NCBI GenBank assembly: GCA_963666565.1
Contig: OY762911.1
Location: 2,144,001-2,208,000, forward strand
Direction: 5' to 3'
DNA from: Thermoanaerobaculia bacterium
GTDB lineage: Bacteria > Acidobacteriota > Thermoanaerobaculia > Multivoradales > Multivoraceae
Length of the DNA: 64,000 nt
Below the pieces are notes generated by a model. That model was given only the letters and a program-made list of their open reading frames with translations. It was not told the origin of the DNA and did no database searches. Position 1 is the stretch's first letter, and the number at the start of each line of letters is the position of its first letter. The position numbers and the translations under genes are program-made. Shown one piece after another: positions 38,349-47,524 of the stretch.

Positions 38349-40979
38349 CTATTGCCCGATACTCTCCAGGAGCTGCGACCTCATGTCATTGCCGTCCATG
38401 ACCTTCTGGACGACGAGGAACAGACACTTTCCGGCGCTCTCCCGCTCCCACAGATCACCGATTGCGCGTTTCTCGGCCGTGTCGGCACCTTCGGCGAGGT
38501 GGGCGCCCTTGTACTCGACGACGAGCAGACGGTCGTCCTTCAACCGGGCAACGAAGTCGGGGTAGAAGCGGCCGCCTGCCGTGGGCAGCCAGAACGAGTC
38601 GGGGTGGTTCGCGACGTTGCGGACCCAGTACGTCACTGTCGGCAGACTGTCGATCGCCTGCGCGCACTGGAACTCTTCGCCGTCGGAGGAGCCGTCGAAG
38701 GCGGGTACCTGGTCGGGCCCGAGGAAGTGGCGGTTCGGCTTCCAGGGGCCGCGATAACGACGCTGCCCGTGGTACATCCCGTCCCGGAACGCGAAGGCGT
38801 CGTCGAAGGAAACGCCAACTTTGGCCGTGGGCGCGAACAGGAACTGCTGGTAGGCGGACTCCCTCTCCCTTCGGCGAATGGCCGCGATCTTTCCGCGCAC
38901 CTTGCGCGTCAGGATGAACTTGCACCGCATCAGCGCCGCGATGTGAAGCCCGCGGGCGACGAGCAGGTGGTTGACCAGCTCGCTCAGCCAGCGCAGGAGC
39001 TCTCCCTGTCCGATGTCGGGCTGACGGACCTGCCGGTCGAGCCAGCGCACTAGCGCCTGCGGCGTCCAGCCTTCGACGTCGACGTCGAGGGTCAGTTGCT
39101 CCTCTTCGGAGGCGAAGCGGTAGGTCACGCGCTGGCCGTCCAGGTCGATCTCGAAGCCGCGCGCGGTCTCGCGGACGGTGAACTCCTCCTTCGCGAGCTT
39201 TGGCGAATGATCCAGTAGGGACCAGTCGCGGCACTCCATGAACAGCTCCGTGTCGGCGAAGACGATCTCGCCCTGCACGGCCGCGGTGAGGCGCGGCGCG
39301 GAGAGTCGTCGTCCGCGTTGCGCCGGCGAGAGCCGGCGGTATCGTTCCGCCCTGTACTCGTCGACAGAACGGACAAACTCGGCTCGTTCGTCTTCGGGCA
39401 GAGCGTCGCGGACGGCGTCCACCACATCCGGGTCGAGTTCGACTTCGGAGGCGATCTCGATCTTCCCGGTCTCCGACGTCCTCAGCGTGAACCCTCTGGC
39501 GCCCTTGAGAACCGCCAGAAGGTCGTCGGAGACGGTCGCGATGTGACTGAGCGTCGGGGGCGTCTGGTCGTGAGGCGCGGAGAGCGTCTCGTTGGGAAGC
39601 AGGTCCCGCTGAGCGGCCTCGACGTGTTCTTCAGCCTCCTCCTCCTCGAAGCCCATCGAGACCAGCTTGTCGACCAGCGCCCGCGCGGCGTGGCCGAAAG
39701 ACGGCTCGGAAAGGAAAGCGTAGGCGCGGTTCAGAGCGTCGTCTTTGCGGCGCTCCGCGAAGGGCATTCGCAGGACGCGACCGAGGAGCTGCTCGACGTC
39801 CCGGCCGTCCTGGATCCGGGAGACGGAACAGAAGACGTAGGCGAAGGAGCAGTCCCAGCCTTCCTTCAGCGCTTCGACGGTGATCACGTGCTCGATGGGG
39901 CACTCCGGGTCGAACAGGTCGAGCCCGTCGAGTTCCCTCTGTTTGCCGGTGGCTACGGCGATCTTCTCCTCCGCGATCTGCTCGACCTCGACGAGGTGCT
40001 CCTTGAGCGCTGCCGCGGTCACTTCGCGGTTCCTCGGCTGCGCCTGGAAGAGGACGATGGGCCGCATTGGCCGCGGGTCGTCGGCTGCCGTCCGGGACAG
40101 CGAGGACCGCGTCGCGACAGCGCCGTTCACCGCGTTCTGCCACGTGTCGTGCTCCGAGAGCATGACGGGCAGCTTGATCATGTCCTCGGCCTTCAGTTCG
40201 CTCGCGGTCACGCTATGCAGGATGTTCGACTTCGTTCGCGGCGTCGCCGTGAACTCGACGATGGCGCAGGGGTTCACGCGCGCCTGCATCTCCCGCGTGA
40301 GGCCAGTCACGGCATTGTGCGCTTCGTCGACGATCATCAGCGGCCGATGGAGATGGAGCAGGTTGGCGAACGAGAACTTCGGCTTCCCGTTGTCGAGCGT
40401 CTCCAGTCCCTCCGGTGCGCCGACGAGGCTGCCGAAATGGGGTTCGAGGTTCTCGTTGTGCGCGTAGACCTTGCGCCCCTCGGTGTTCGTCACCCGCAGC
40501 GCCTGGATCGTGCCGACGACGATGCAGCAGTGATCGCGGAGGTTGTGGGGGCGGACGTGGGCGAAGTCCGCGATGTCGAACACGCGCACCCTGCCGTCGA
40601 ACGCTTCGTCGAGCGCCTTCCGGTAGGGATGCCGCGTGTCCTTGAGCGCCTCCGCGGTCTGTGTGCGGATCGTCTTCGTGGGAACGAGCCACAGAACGAG
40701 CGGCCAGTCCTTCTCGATCCACGCGTCGCGAGCGAGCGGGACGGCGTGAGCCGCAAGGATCGTCTTGCCGCCGCCGGTCGGCAGGCGAAGGCACACGTAG
40801 GGGACGCCGGGAAGCCCGGCCAGGGCCTTGTAGTTCTCCGCGTAGCCGCGCAGCCGGCCCGCTTGCTCCGGAGCGCCCGTGATTCTCTCGTACGCCGCCT
40901 TCGGCCCGGCGACGCGGGCTTCTTCGAGGAACGTGCGGAGAATCGCGAGCGTGTCGGCCTGATAGCGCTTCAGTTCCAC
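38349..40979 (-). CDS. res: Type III restriction subunit (DEAH helicase + PD-(D/E)xK nuclease)
   Basis: LPTGGGKT, IVDEAH, TATP, ALKEGWD, QLLGRVLRMP and FYPDF...VVEYKG. Confidence 0.88.
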   Translation of the reverse strand: MELKRYQADTLAILRTFLEEARVAGPKAAYERITGAPEQAGRLRGYAENYKALAGLPGVPYVCLRLPTGGGKTILAAHAVPLARDAWIEKDWPLVLWLVPTKTIRTQTAEALKDTRHPYRKALDEAFDGRVRVFDIADFAHVRPHNLRDHCCIVVGTIQALRVTNTEGRKVYAHNENLEPHFGSLVGAPEGLETLDNGKPKFSFANLLHLHRPLMIVDEAHNAVTGLTREMQARVNPCAIVEFTATPRTKSNILHSVTASELKAEDMIKLPVMLSEHDTWQNAVNGAVATRSSLSRTAADDPRPMRPIVLFQAQPRNREVTAAALKEHLVEVEQIAEEKIAVATGKQRELDGLDLFDPECPIEHVITVEALKEGWDCSFAYVFCSVSRIQDGRDVEQLLGRVLRMPFAERRKDDALNRAYAFLSEPSFGHAARALVDKLVSMGFEEEEAEEHVEAAQRDLLPNETLSAPHDQTPPTLSHIATVSDDLLAVLKGARGFTLRTSETGKIEIASEVELDPDVVDAVRDALPEDERAEFVRSVDEYRAERYRRLSPAQRGRRLSAPRLTAAVQGEIVFADTELFMECRDWSLLDHSPKLAKEEFTVRETARGFEIDLDGQRVTYRFASEEEQLTLDVDVEGWTPQALVRWLDRQVRQPDIGQGELLRWLSELVNHLLVARGLHIAALMRCKFILTRKVRGKIAAIRRRERESAYQQFLFAPTAKVGVSFDDAFAFRDGMYHGQRRYRGPWKPNRHFLGPDQVPAFDGSSDGEEFQCAQAIDSLPTVTYWVRNVANHPDSFWLPTAGGRFYPDFVARLKDDRLLVVEYKGAHLAEGADTAEKRAIGDLWERESAGKCLFLVVQKVMDGNDMRSQLLESIGQ

Positions 40980-40988
40980 GCAGCGGCC

Positions 40989-42545
40989 TCAGGCCCGCGC
41001 CTTGACGTCGTACGGCGTCTGTCTGAACGCCACGCGCTCGCGCTCCAGGGTTGCCGGCATCAATCGCGAGCGCTCGCCGTAGACCGTGAGCGATCCGTCG
41101 AACCCCTGGGCCGTCTCCGCGACTCGCTCGCGGATGAGGCGGAGCGTCGCGTGCGTGAGCACGTTGCCGCCGCCGGGCCGGCGGTCGCCCAGCACGCCGT
41201 TGAAGAGCAGTGCGACGGCCTCGCCGTCGTGGACGCCGAGCAGGGGCGACGCCGCATCCCGCTTCCAGGCGATTCCGGTCTCCGAGAACCAGACGTGAGC
41301 CGCCAGCACGTCGTACCGGACGTCCGGGCGAAGGCGGCCGTCCGCGTCGAAGGCTGGCGGGCCGAGCCGATGGAAGCGGAAGCCGCCGCCGCCCCGCCAC
41401 CCCACCGATTTCGAGATTCCGCCCTGTTCGCCTTCGATGACCTTCCGGAGTCGCGGTGCGCAGTGCGTGACCGCGTGGTCCCCCATCTCAATCCCGATCC
41501 AGCGCCGGCCCATCTTGTGCGCGACCGCCGCCGTGGTTCCGGAGCCGAGGAAGGAGTCGAGGACGAGGTCGCCGGGGTTCGTGCAGGACTCGAAGATGGT
41601 GTGAACCAGGCCTTCCGGTTTCGGAAACGAGAACTTGTCGCTCAGGCCGAACAGCGCCATGCTCTCGTAGGAGCCATGCTGCGTGTAGTGGCCAGAGATG
41701 ATCGTCGTCGGCTTCCGGCCGCGTACGTTGCCCGACTCGTCCCTGAAGTACTGCTTGTACGACACCACACGCTTGCCCGATCTTCGGGCGGATACGACCA
41801 GTTCGTCATTCAGCAGGGCCTTCTTGACCCGCTCTTCTGACCACTGCCACTGCTTTTCGGGCCAGATCTCGTCGCCGTTCGGCAGGACGATCGGGAATCT
41901 GAGGTTGGGCCTCTCGTCCATGCTCGTCGTTGCCAGAGGCTGAAGCCTGTAAGGCCCTCTCGCATCGAACTTGTCGTCTTTGTACTTGTAGTACTTCTTC
42001 AAGGCCTTGGGGTCGGGCGGCAGCCAGAGTTCGGGAAGCCGGGACATGTCCGCCGCGTAGCAGAGGACGTTCTCGTGGAGGCCGAGGAACCACTTCGCCT
42101 TGGAGCCGCCTCCGTAGCTCTTCTGCCAGACGAAGTTGGTCAAGAAGTTGGAGCGTCCGAAGATCTCGTCCATCACTACCTTGAGGTAGTGCACCTCATG
42201 GTCGTCGATCGAAACCCAGATCGAGCCGTCCTCCGCGAGCAACTCCCGCAGCAGTTCCAGCCGGGGCCACATCATCGCCAGCCACTGCGAGTGCTCCAGG
42301 TTGTCGTCGTAGTGCTCGAACGCGGAGCGCGTGTTGTAGGGCGGATCGATGTAGATGCACTTGACCCGTCCAGCGTAGAACGGCAGCAGTGCCTTCAGGG
42401 CCTCGAGGTTGTCGCCCTGGATCAGCAGGTTCCCCGCTGCCGCGTCGCCGGCCGACAGGTCGGGCAGCTCTTCCAGCAGGCGGTACGGGACGCGCCGAGC
42501 GGCGCCCACGTCCTCGTTCCGGGTCAGCCAGTGGAGGGTGGGCAT
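40989..42545 (-). CDS. mod: Type III modification methyltransferase (beta-class amino-MTase)
   Basis: LIQGDNLEAL, IYIDPPYN, FPKPEGL and DSFLGSGTT. Confidence 0.9.
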   Translation of the reverse strand: MPTLHWLTRNEDVGAARRVPYRLLEELPDLSAGDAAAGNLLIQGDNLEALKALLPFYAGRVKCIYIDPPYNTRSAFEHYDDNLEHSQWLAMMWPRLELLRELLAEDGSIWVSIDDHEVHYLKVVMDEIFGRSNFLTNFVWQKSYGGGSKAKWFLGLHENVLCYAADMSRLPELWLPPDPKALKKYYKYKDDKFDARGPYRLQPLATTSMDERPNLRFPIVLPNGDEIWPEKQWQWSEERVKKALLNDELVVSARRSGKRVVSYKQYFRDESGNVRGRKPTTIISGHYTQHGSYESMALFGLSDKFSFPKPEGLVHTIFESCTNPGDLVLDSFLGSGTTAAVAHKMGRRWIGIEMGDHAVTHCAPRLRKVIEGEQGGISKSVGWRGGGGFRFHRLGPPAFDADGRLRPDVRYDVLAAHVWFSETGIAWKRDAASPLLGVHDGEAVALLFNGVLGDRRPGGGNVLTHATLRLIRERVAETAQGFDGSLTVYGERSRLMPATLERERVAFRQTPYDVKARA

Positions 42546-42591
42546 TCGCCGTTCTGGACTTCCTCGCTATGCGGAAGCAGGCAGTGGAGCC

Positions 42592-43974
42592 TCAGCTTGC
42601 CGCTCTCGTAAGCGCCTCGTCCATCGCCGCCAGCGCGAACTCGACGTCGGCCTCCGTCAGCACGAGCGGCGGCTTGACCCGCAGCACGTTGCCGTAGAGC
42701 CCGCCCTTGCCGACGATGGCGCCCAGGTCCTTCAACTCGTCGAGCACCCGGCCGGTCAGGGCGGTTCCCGGCGTCTTCGCGGCCCGGTCGGCGACCAGTT
42801 CGATGCCGATCATCAGCCCCTGGCCGCGGACGTTGCCGATGCCTTCGTGGCGTTCTGCGAGGTCGCGGAAGCCCTGCAGGAGCCGGTTGCCCTGGATCTG
42901 CGCGTTCCGCTGCAAGCCCTCCTCCTCGATCACCTCCAGCACGGCCAGGCCGGCCGCCGAAACGAGCGGATTGCCGCCGAACGTGTTGATGTGGAGTCTC
43001 TGCGCCAGCGCCGCGGCGATCTCGGAGGTGGTCGCGACGGCCGCCAGCGGCAGGCCGTTGCCGATGCCCTTGGCCATCGTGACGATCTCGGGGACGACGC
43101 CGGAGCGCTCGAAGCCCCAGAAGTTGTCGCCGGTGCGGCCGAAGCCGGTCTGGACCTCGTCGGCGATGCAGACGCCGCCGTGGGCCCGGACGATCTCGTA
43201 GACCTCGGGGAGGTAGTTGGGCGCGCCCATCGTCACGCCGCCGGCGCCCTGGATGGGCTCCGAGATGAAGGCGGCGACTTGGCCGGGCGTGGAGTACCGG
43301 ATGAGTTCGGCCACGTCCTCCGCGGAGCGGCTGGCGATCTCTTCGGGCGTTCCGGCGAACGGATTGCGGTACGGATCCGGGTTGAGCGCGTGGTGCACCG
43401 GCCCGCCGCGCTGCACGCCGGACTTCCAGGTGTGGATGCCGGTCAGCGCCCCGGTCGGCGCGCTGCCGCCGTGGTAGGCGTTGCGGATGCCGACGACGTC
43501 GGCGTTGCCCGTGTGGAGCCGGGCCATCTGGATGGCCAGGTCGTTCGCCTCGCTGCCGCTGTTCACGAAGTAGATCCGGTCGATGCTCGGCGGCAGCTTG
43601 GCCAGCAGCGCCTCGGCGAAGCGCGGCATGTTCGGGTGCAGGAAGGCGGTCGAGCCGTGGGCCAGGAGCGCCATCTGCTGCTGGACGGCGGCGACGATCT
43701 TCGGGTGGGAGTGGCCGCAGGCGACGGTGCAGATGCCGGCGAACAGATCGAGGTAGCGGCGCCCCGTCTCGTCCCAGACGTATTGCCCGCGGCCTTCGAC
43801 CAGCATCACGGGCTCGCTGTAGAGGGTGAACAGGGCCGGGTTCACGTGCTGCCGGCGCAGTTCCAGGATCTTCTCGCGGCCCGGTCCCAGGTAGGGCGCC
43901 GGCCGGTGGCTGCACGGCGGCAGCTCCAGGGCGCGGGATCGGGAAGGGGTCGCGACGTCGAGTGCCACGGTCAT
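42592..43974 (-). CDS. Class III aminotransferase (AGXT2-like)
   Basis: YLDLFAGI, NSGSEAN, AYHG, EPIQG, DEVQTGFGRTG and MAKGIGNG (PLP Lys). Confidence 0.92.
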   Translation of the reverse strand: MTVALDVATPSRSRALELPPCSHRPAPYLGPGREKILELRRQHVNPALFTLYSEPVMLVEGRGQYVWDETGRRYLDLFAGICTVACGHSHPKIVAAVQQQMALLAHGSTAFLHPNMPRFAEALLAKLPPSIDRIYFVNSGSEANDLAIQMARLHTGNADVVGIRNAYHGGSAPTGALTGIHTWKSGVQRGGPVHHALNPDPYRNPFAGTPEEIASRSAEDVAELIRYSTPGQVAAFISEPIQGAGGVTMGAPNYLPEVYEIVRAHGGVCIADEVQTGFGRTGDNFWGFERSGVVPEIVTMAKGIGNGLPLAAVATTSEIAAALAQRLHINTFGGNPLVSAAGLAVLEVIEEEGLQRNAQIQGNRLLQGFRDLAERHEGIGNVRGQGLMIGIELVADRAAKTPGTALTGRVLDELKDLGAIVGKGGLYGNVLRVKPPLVLTEADVEFALAAMDEALTRAAS

Positions 43975-44120
43975 GTCGGTGTTCCTCGTGGCCCGCTTGC
44001 GGGGCCGTTCAGGTCGTTTCGCTGTCGGGGCCGCGTGGGGGCGCGGCGGCGTGGAAGGGAACACTAGCAGTCGGGAGAGACTCCTGGGGCACGACTCCGC
44101 TGCGCCTCGTTTCCCGAAAT

Positions 44121-44160
44121 GCGGGTCGGAAGACCCGCACACCCAGCCCCGCGCACCCGG
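44121..44160. repeat. Single REP-like copy plus partial
   Basis: GCGGGTCGGAAGACCCGCACACCCAG. Confidence 0.75.
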
Positions 44161-44163
44161 TGT

Positions 44164-45480
44164 TCAACTCAGGAGATCGACGATCGTCAGCGCCATCGCC
44201 TGGGTCGACCGGGTGATGTCGGCGAGCAGGCAGCGTTCGTCGGGCTGGTGGGCCTGCTCCAGCTCGCCCGGTCCGTAGGCGACGCACTGTCCGATGCCGC
44301 CGATGCGCTGGAAGTGCTTGTGATCGTAGGTGCCGGGGCTCGCCACGAGATCGGCGGCGTTCCCGGTCGCCGTTTCGATGGCGCGGGAGAGCGATTCGAC
44401 CAGGCGGCAATCGCCCGCGGTCCGGGTCGGCAGCACGCTCAGCAACTCCTCGACCTCGAACCGGATGCCGGGCCGGCGGGCCTCCACCGCGTCGAGGACT
44501 TCCCTGACCTCGGCCCGAACCGCGTCCGGTCCCTCCTCGAGCAGGTAGCGCCGGTCGACGACGAGCTCGCACTGGTCGGCGACGCAGGGCGACGGCAGTC
44601 CCTGGCCGTGGCCGTCCAGCGCGGCCGAGGAGTCGAGCCCCTCGATGACCTGGCCGCCGGCGATCGAGTTGACGTTGACCGTGGGCCGGCGCGCTCCTTC
44701 CGGCACGACGGGCAGCTCGGTGACCAGGTCGCCGATCGCCTCCCGGAGACCGAGCGCCGCCTCGGCCGCCGCGTCGATGGCCGAGACGCCGAGGAAGGGC
44801 ATCGAGCCGTGCGCGATGCGGCCGCGGGCCACGATCCGGAACCAGAGCACTCCGCGATGCCCGATGCAGATCCGGTTGGGGCCGAAGGGCTCGGGAATGA
44901 TCACGTAGTCCGTCGTGCGGCCGGTGACCCGGCCGGTCGCCGCGAGATGGGCGACGCCGGCGAGCCCGCCGCTCTCCTCGTCCACCGTGCCGCTGATCTC
45001 GACCGTTCCGCGCAGCCCGATGCCGGCGCGCCGCACCGCCTCGGCGGCGAACACGGCCGCGGCCAGGCCGGCCTTCATGTCGGCCGCGCCGCGTCCGTGA
45101 AGCCAGCCGTCCCGGATCTCGCCGCCGAAGGGGTCGACGGTCCAGCCCTCGCCGGGCGGCACGACGTCGAGGTGGCCGTTCAGGTGCAGCGACGGCCGCG
45201 CCTCGCGACCGCGTCGCCGGCCCAGCACGTTGACCTTCGGCCGCTTCGGATCGTCTCCGGGACCCTGGACGTACTCGGTCTCGAAGCCGCCCGCCTCGAG
45301 CCGGACGCCCAGCAACTCCGCGCATTCCCGGTAGGCGTCGCCGGGAGGGTTGACGCTCGGAATGCGGATCAGCTCCGCCGCGAAGTTCGCCGCCTCCTCG
45401 CCGCAGACGGCGGCTTCGGAGAGGACGCGGTCGAGCACGTCGTCGGGGGGCCGGGCGGGGGCGTTGACGGTGGGAGTCAT
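44164..45480 (-). CDS. M20 family ArgE/DapE-like deacylase
   Basis: NGHLDVVP, GRGAADMK, DEESGG, PEP, HGS and AHQPDE. Confidence 0.9.
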   Translation of the reverse strand: MTPTVNAPARPPDDVLDRVLSEAAVCGEEAANFAAELIRIPSVNPPGDAYRECAELLGVRLEAGGFETEYVQGPGDDPKRPKVNVLGRRRGREARPSLHLNGHLDVVPPGEGWTVDPFGGEIRDGWLHGRGAADMKAGLAAAVFAAEAVRRAGIGLRGTVEISGTVDEESGGLAGVAHLAATGRVTGRTTDYVIIPEPFGPNRICIGHRGVLWFRIVARGRIAHGSMPFLGVSAIDAAAEAALGLREAIGDLVTELPVVPEGARRPTVNVNSIAGGQVIEGLDSSAALDGHGQGLPSPCVADQCELVVDRRYLLEEGPDAVRAEVREVLDAVEARRPGIRFEVEELLSVLPTRTAGDCRLVESLSRAIETATGNAADLVASPGTYDHKHFQRIGGIGQCVAYGPGELEQAHQPDERCLLADITRSTQAMALTIVDLLS

Positions 45481-45603
45481 GGGGCCTTGAGGGTCGCCGT
45501 CGGCTGCTCGTTTTGCGGGCGGAGCGACTCCTGCCACAATAGCGGGCGTCGGCGTTCAGGGAGATTGACGGGACAGGCCCGCTGGTGACAGGAGAAGTTT
45601 CGT

Positions 45604-46728
45604 ATGGCGAGAATCCTAGGAGATTGCGCCGTGGCGCGCGGCCGCGACAGCGCGCCGCGTACGGTGGCGCTGGCCGCGTTGCTGATCGTCGCGGGGAGCC
45701 CCGGCGTGGCTGAAGACGCGGCGGCCGACCCTGGCCTGACGGCGGTCGAGGGGTTGAAGGTCGGCCAGTTCACCTACGAGGAGCGCCCGACGGGCTGCAC
45801 CGTCGTGCTGGCGATGGACGGCGCGGTCGGCGCGGTCGACGTCCGGGGCGGCGCGCCGGCGACGCGGGAAACCGCGCTGCTGAGTCCGCACAACATGATC
45901 CAGGAACTCCACGCGGTGGTCCTGACCGGCGGCAGCGCCTACGGTCTCGACGCCTCCGGGGGCGTGATGCGCTACCTTGAGGAGCAGGACACGGGCTACC
46001 GGGTCGGCGCCGGGGTGGTGCCGATCGTCGTCGCCGCGTCGCTGATGGACCTCGGCATGGGCGGCGCCAGCAAGCCGCGGCCGGACGCGGAATGCGGCTA
46101 CCGTGCCGCCGCGGCCGCCGGTACCGGCCCGGTGGCCCAGGGCAACGTGGGCGCCGGCGCCGGCGCCACGGTGGGCAAGATGGGCGGCCGTGGATCGCGG
46201 ATGAAGGGCGGCCTCGGCAGCGCCTCGATCAGGCTGGAACAGGGTTCCTCGGCCGGCCTCACGGTGGCGGCGCTGGTCGCGGTCAACGCGGTCGGCGACG
46301 TGATCGACCCGGCCACCGGCCAAGTCGTCGCGGGGGTGCGCGGCCCGAACGACGAACTGCTCGACGCCCGCAAGCTGCTGCGGAGCGGCCTCGGCCGCGA
46401 CCGCCGCGCCGCCCGGCGGGAGGCGGAGAACCGGGAGAACACGACCATCGCCGTGGTTGCGACGAACGCGACCCTGAACCAGGCCGAGGCCACCCGCGTG
46501 GCGCAGATGGCGCACGACGGTCTGGCCCGCTCGATCGTTCCCTCGCATACGCCGGGCGACGGCGACACCGTGTTTGCGATCGCCACCGGCGTGCTTGAAG
46601 GGCCGGCGGACGTGAGCCGCATCGGCGCGCTCGCCGCCGAGGCGCTGGCCGACGCGGTGCTCAACAGCGTACGGCACGCGGAGTCGCTTCCCGGCGTCCT
46701 CGCCGTCCGCGACCTGCCGAAGCCGTGA
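45604..46728 (+). CDS. P1/S58 (DmpA-like) peptidase with signal peptide
   Basis: TGCTVV, DVRGGAPATRE, GGSAYGL, GNVGAGAG, ENTT and HTPGDGD. Confidence 0.9.
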   Translation: MARILGDCAVARGRDSAPRTVALAALLIVAGSPGVAEDAAADPGLTAVEGLKVGQFTYEERPTGCTVVLAMDGAVGAVDVRGGAPATRETALLSPHNMIQELHAVVLTGGSAYGLDASGGVMRYLEEQDTGYRVGAGVVPIVVAASLMDLGMGGASKPRPDAECGYRAAAAAGTGPVAQGNVGAGAGATVGKMGGRGSRMKGGLGSASIRLEQGSSAGLTVAALVAVNAVGDVIDPATGQVVAGVRGPNDELLDARKLLRSGLGRDRRAARREAENRENTTIAVVATNATLNQAEATRVAQMAHDGLARSIVPSHTPGDGDTVFAIATGVLEGPADVSRIGALAAEALADAVLNSVRHAESLPGVLAVRDLPKP

Positions 46729-47510
46729 CTGCGCCCCGGGATCCGTTTCGTCTCGACGGCCGGACGGTTGCCGTCATCGGCGCCGGCTCAGGCATCGGCG
46801 AGGGCGCGGCCGAGGCCTGCGCCCGCCAGGGAGCGCACGTCGCCTGTTTCGACCTGAACCTCATCGCCGCCAGGGCGACGGCCGACCGGATCGTCGCCGC
46901 GGGCGGCAGCGCGGAGGCGGCCGAACTCGACGTGCTCGATTCGGAAGCGATGACGTCGGCGCTTGGCGCGCTGGACGATCTTCAGGGCGTCGTGGCGACT
47001 CCGGGCGTCAACGTCCGCAAGCGCCTGCTCGACTACCAGCCCGACGAGTTCGACCGGGTGGTGACGCTCAACCTCCGCGGAGCGATGTGCGTGCTCCAGG
47101 TCGCTGGAGGGCTGCTCAGCGACGCCGGCGGCGGCAGCATCGTGCTGCTGTCCTCCATCCGCTCCCAGGTCGTCGAGCCGGGGCAGGGCGTCTACGCCGC
47201 GACCAAGGCCGGCATCGTCCAGCTCGCGCGAACGGCCGCGGCCGAACTCGGCGGCGCCGGCATCCGCGTCAACGCGCTGGCGCCCGGCGTCGTCGACACG
47301 CCGCTGACGAAGCCGATTCAGCAGAACGAGGCGTGGAACCGGGCCTACGCCGGCAAGACCGCGCTGGGCCGGTGGGGAAGGCCGGACGAGATCGGCGCCG
47401 CGGCGGCGTTCCTCGTCTCCGACGCCTCGAGCTACATGACCGGCGCCGTGCTCTTCGTCGACGGCGGCTGGACCGCCATCGACGGCCGCTTCGATCCTCC
47501 GGCGGGCTGA
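46725..47510 (+). CDS. SDR oxidoreductase
   Basis: GAGSGIG, YAATK and VDGG. Confidence 0.9.
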   Translation: MTAPRDPFRLDGRTVAVIGAGSGIGEGAAEACARQGAHVACFDLNLIAARATADRIVAAGGSAEAAELDVLDSEAMTSALGALDDLQGVVATPGVNVRKRLLDYQPDEFDRVVTLNLRGAMCVLQVAGGLLSDAGGGSIVLLSSIRSQVVEPGQGVYAATKAGIVQLARTAAAELGGAGIRVNALAPGVVDTPLTKPIQQNEAWNRAYAGKTALGRWGRPDEIGAAAAFLVSDASSYMTGAVLFVDGGWTAIDGRFDPPAG

Positions 47511-47524
47511 GCGGGAGACCGGAG

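Larger units (their letters stand above)
34455..42635. mobile_element. Defence island bounded by a 25-bp direct repeat; no integrase inside
   Basis: AGCGCCTCGTCCATCGCCGCCAGCG at both ends. Cargo looks lower in GC and is defence-related (TIR operon, HEPN protein, type III R-M). Confidence 0.75.

Noticed and set aside
40989-42545. Phase-variable simple repeat in mod
   Set aside because: No long homopolymer or short tandem tract seen in the gene or its upstream region.
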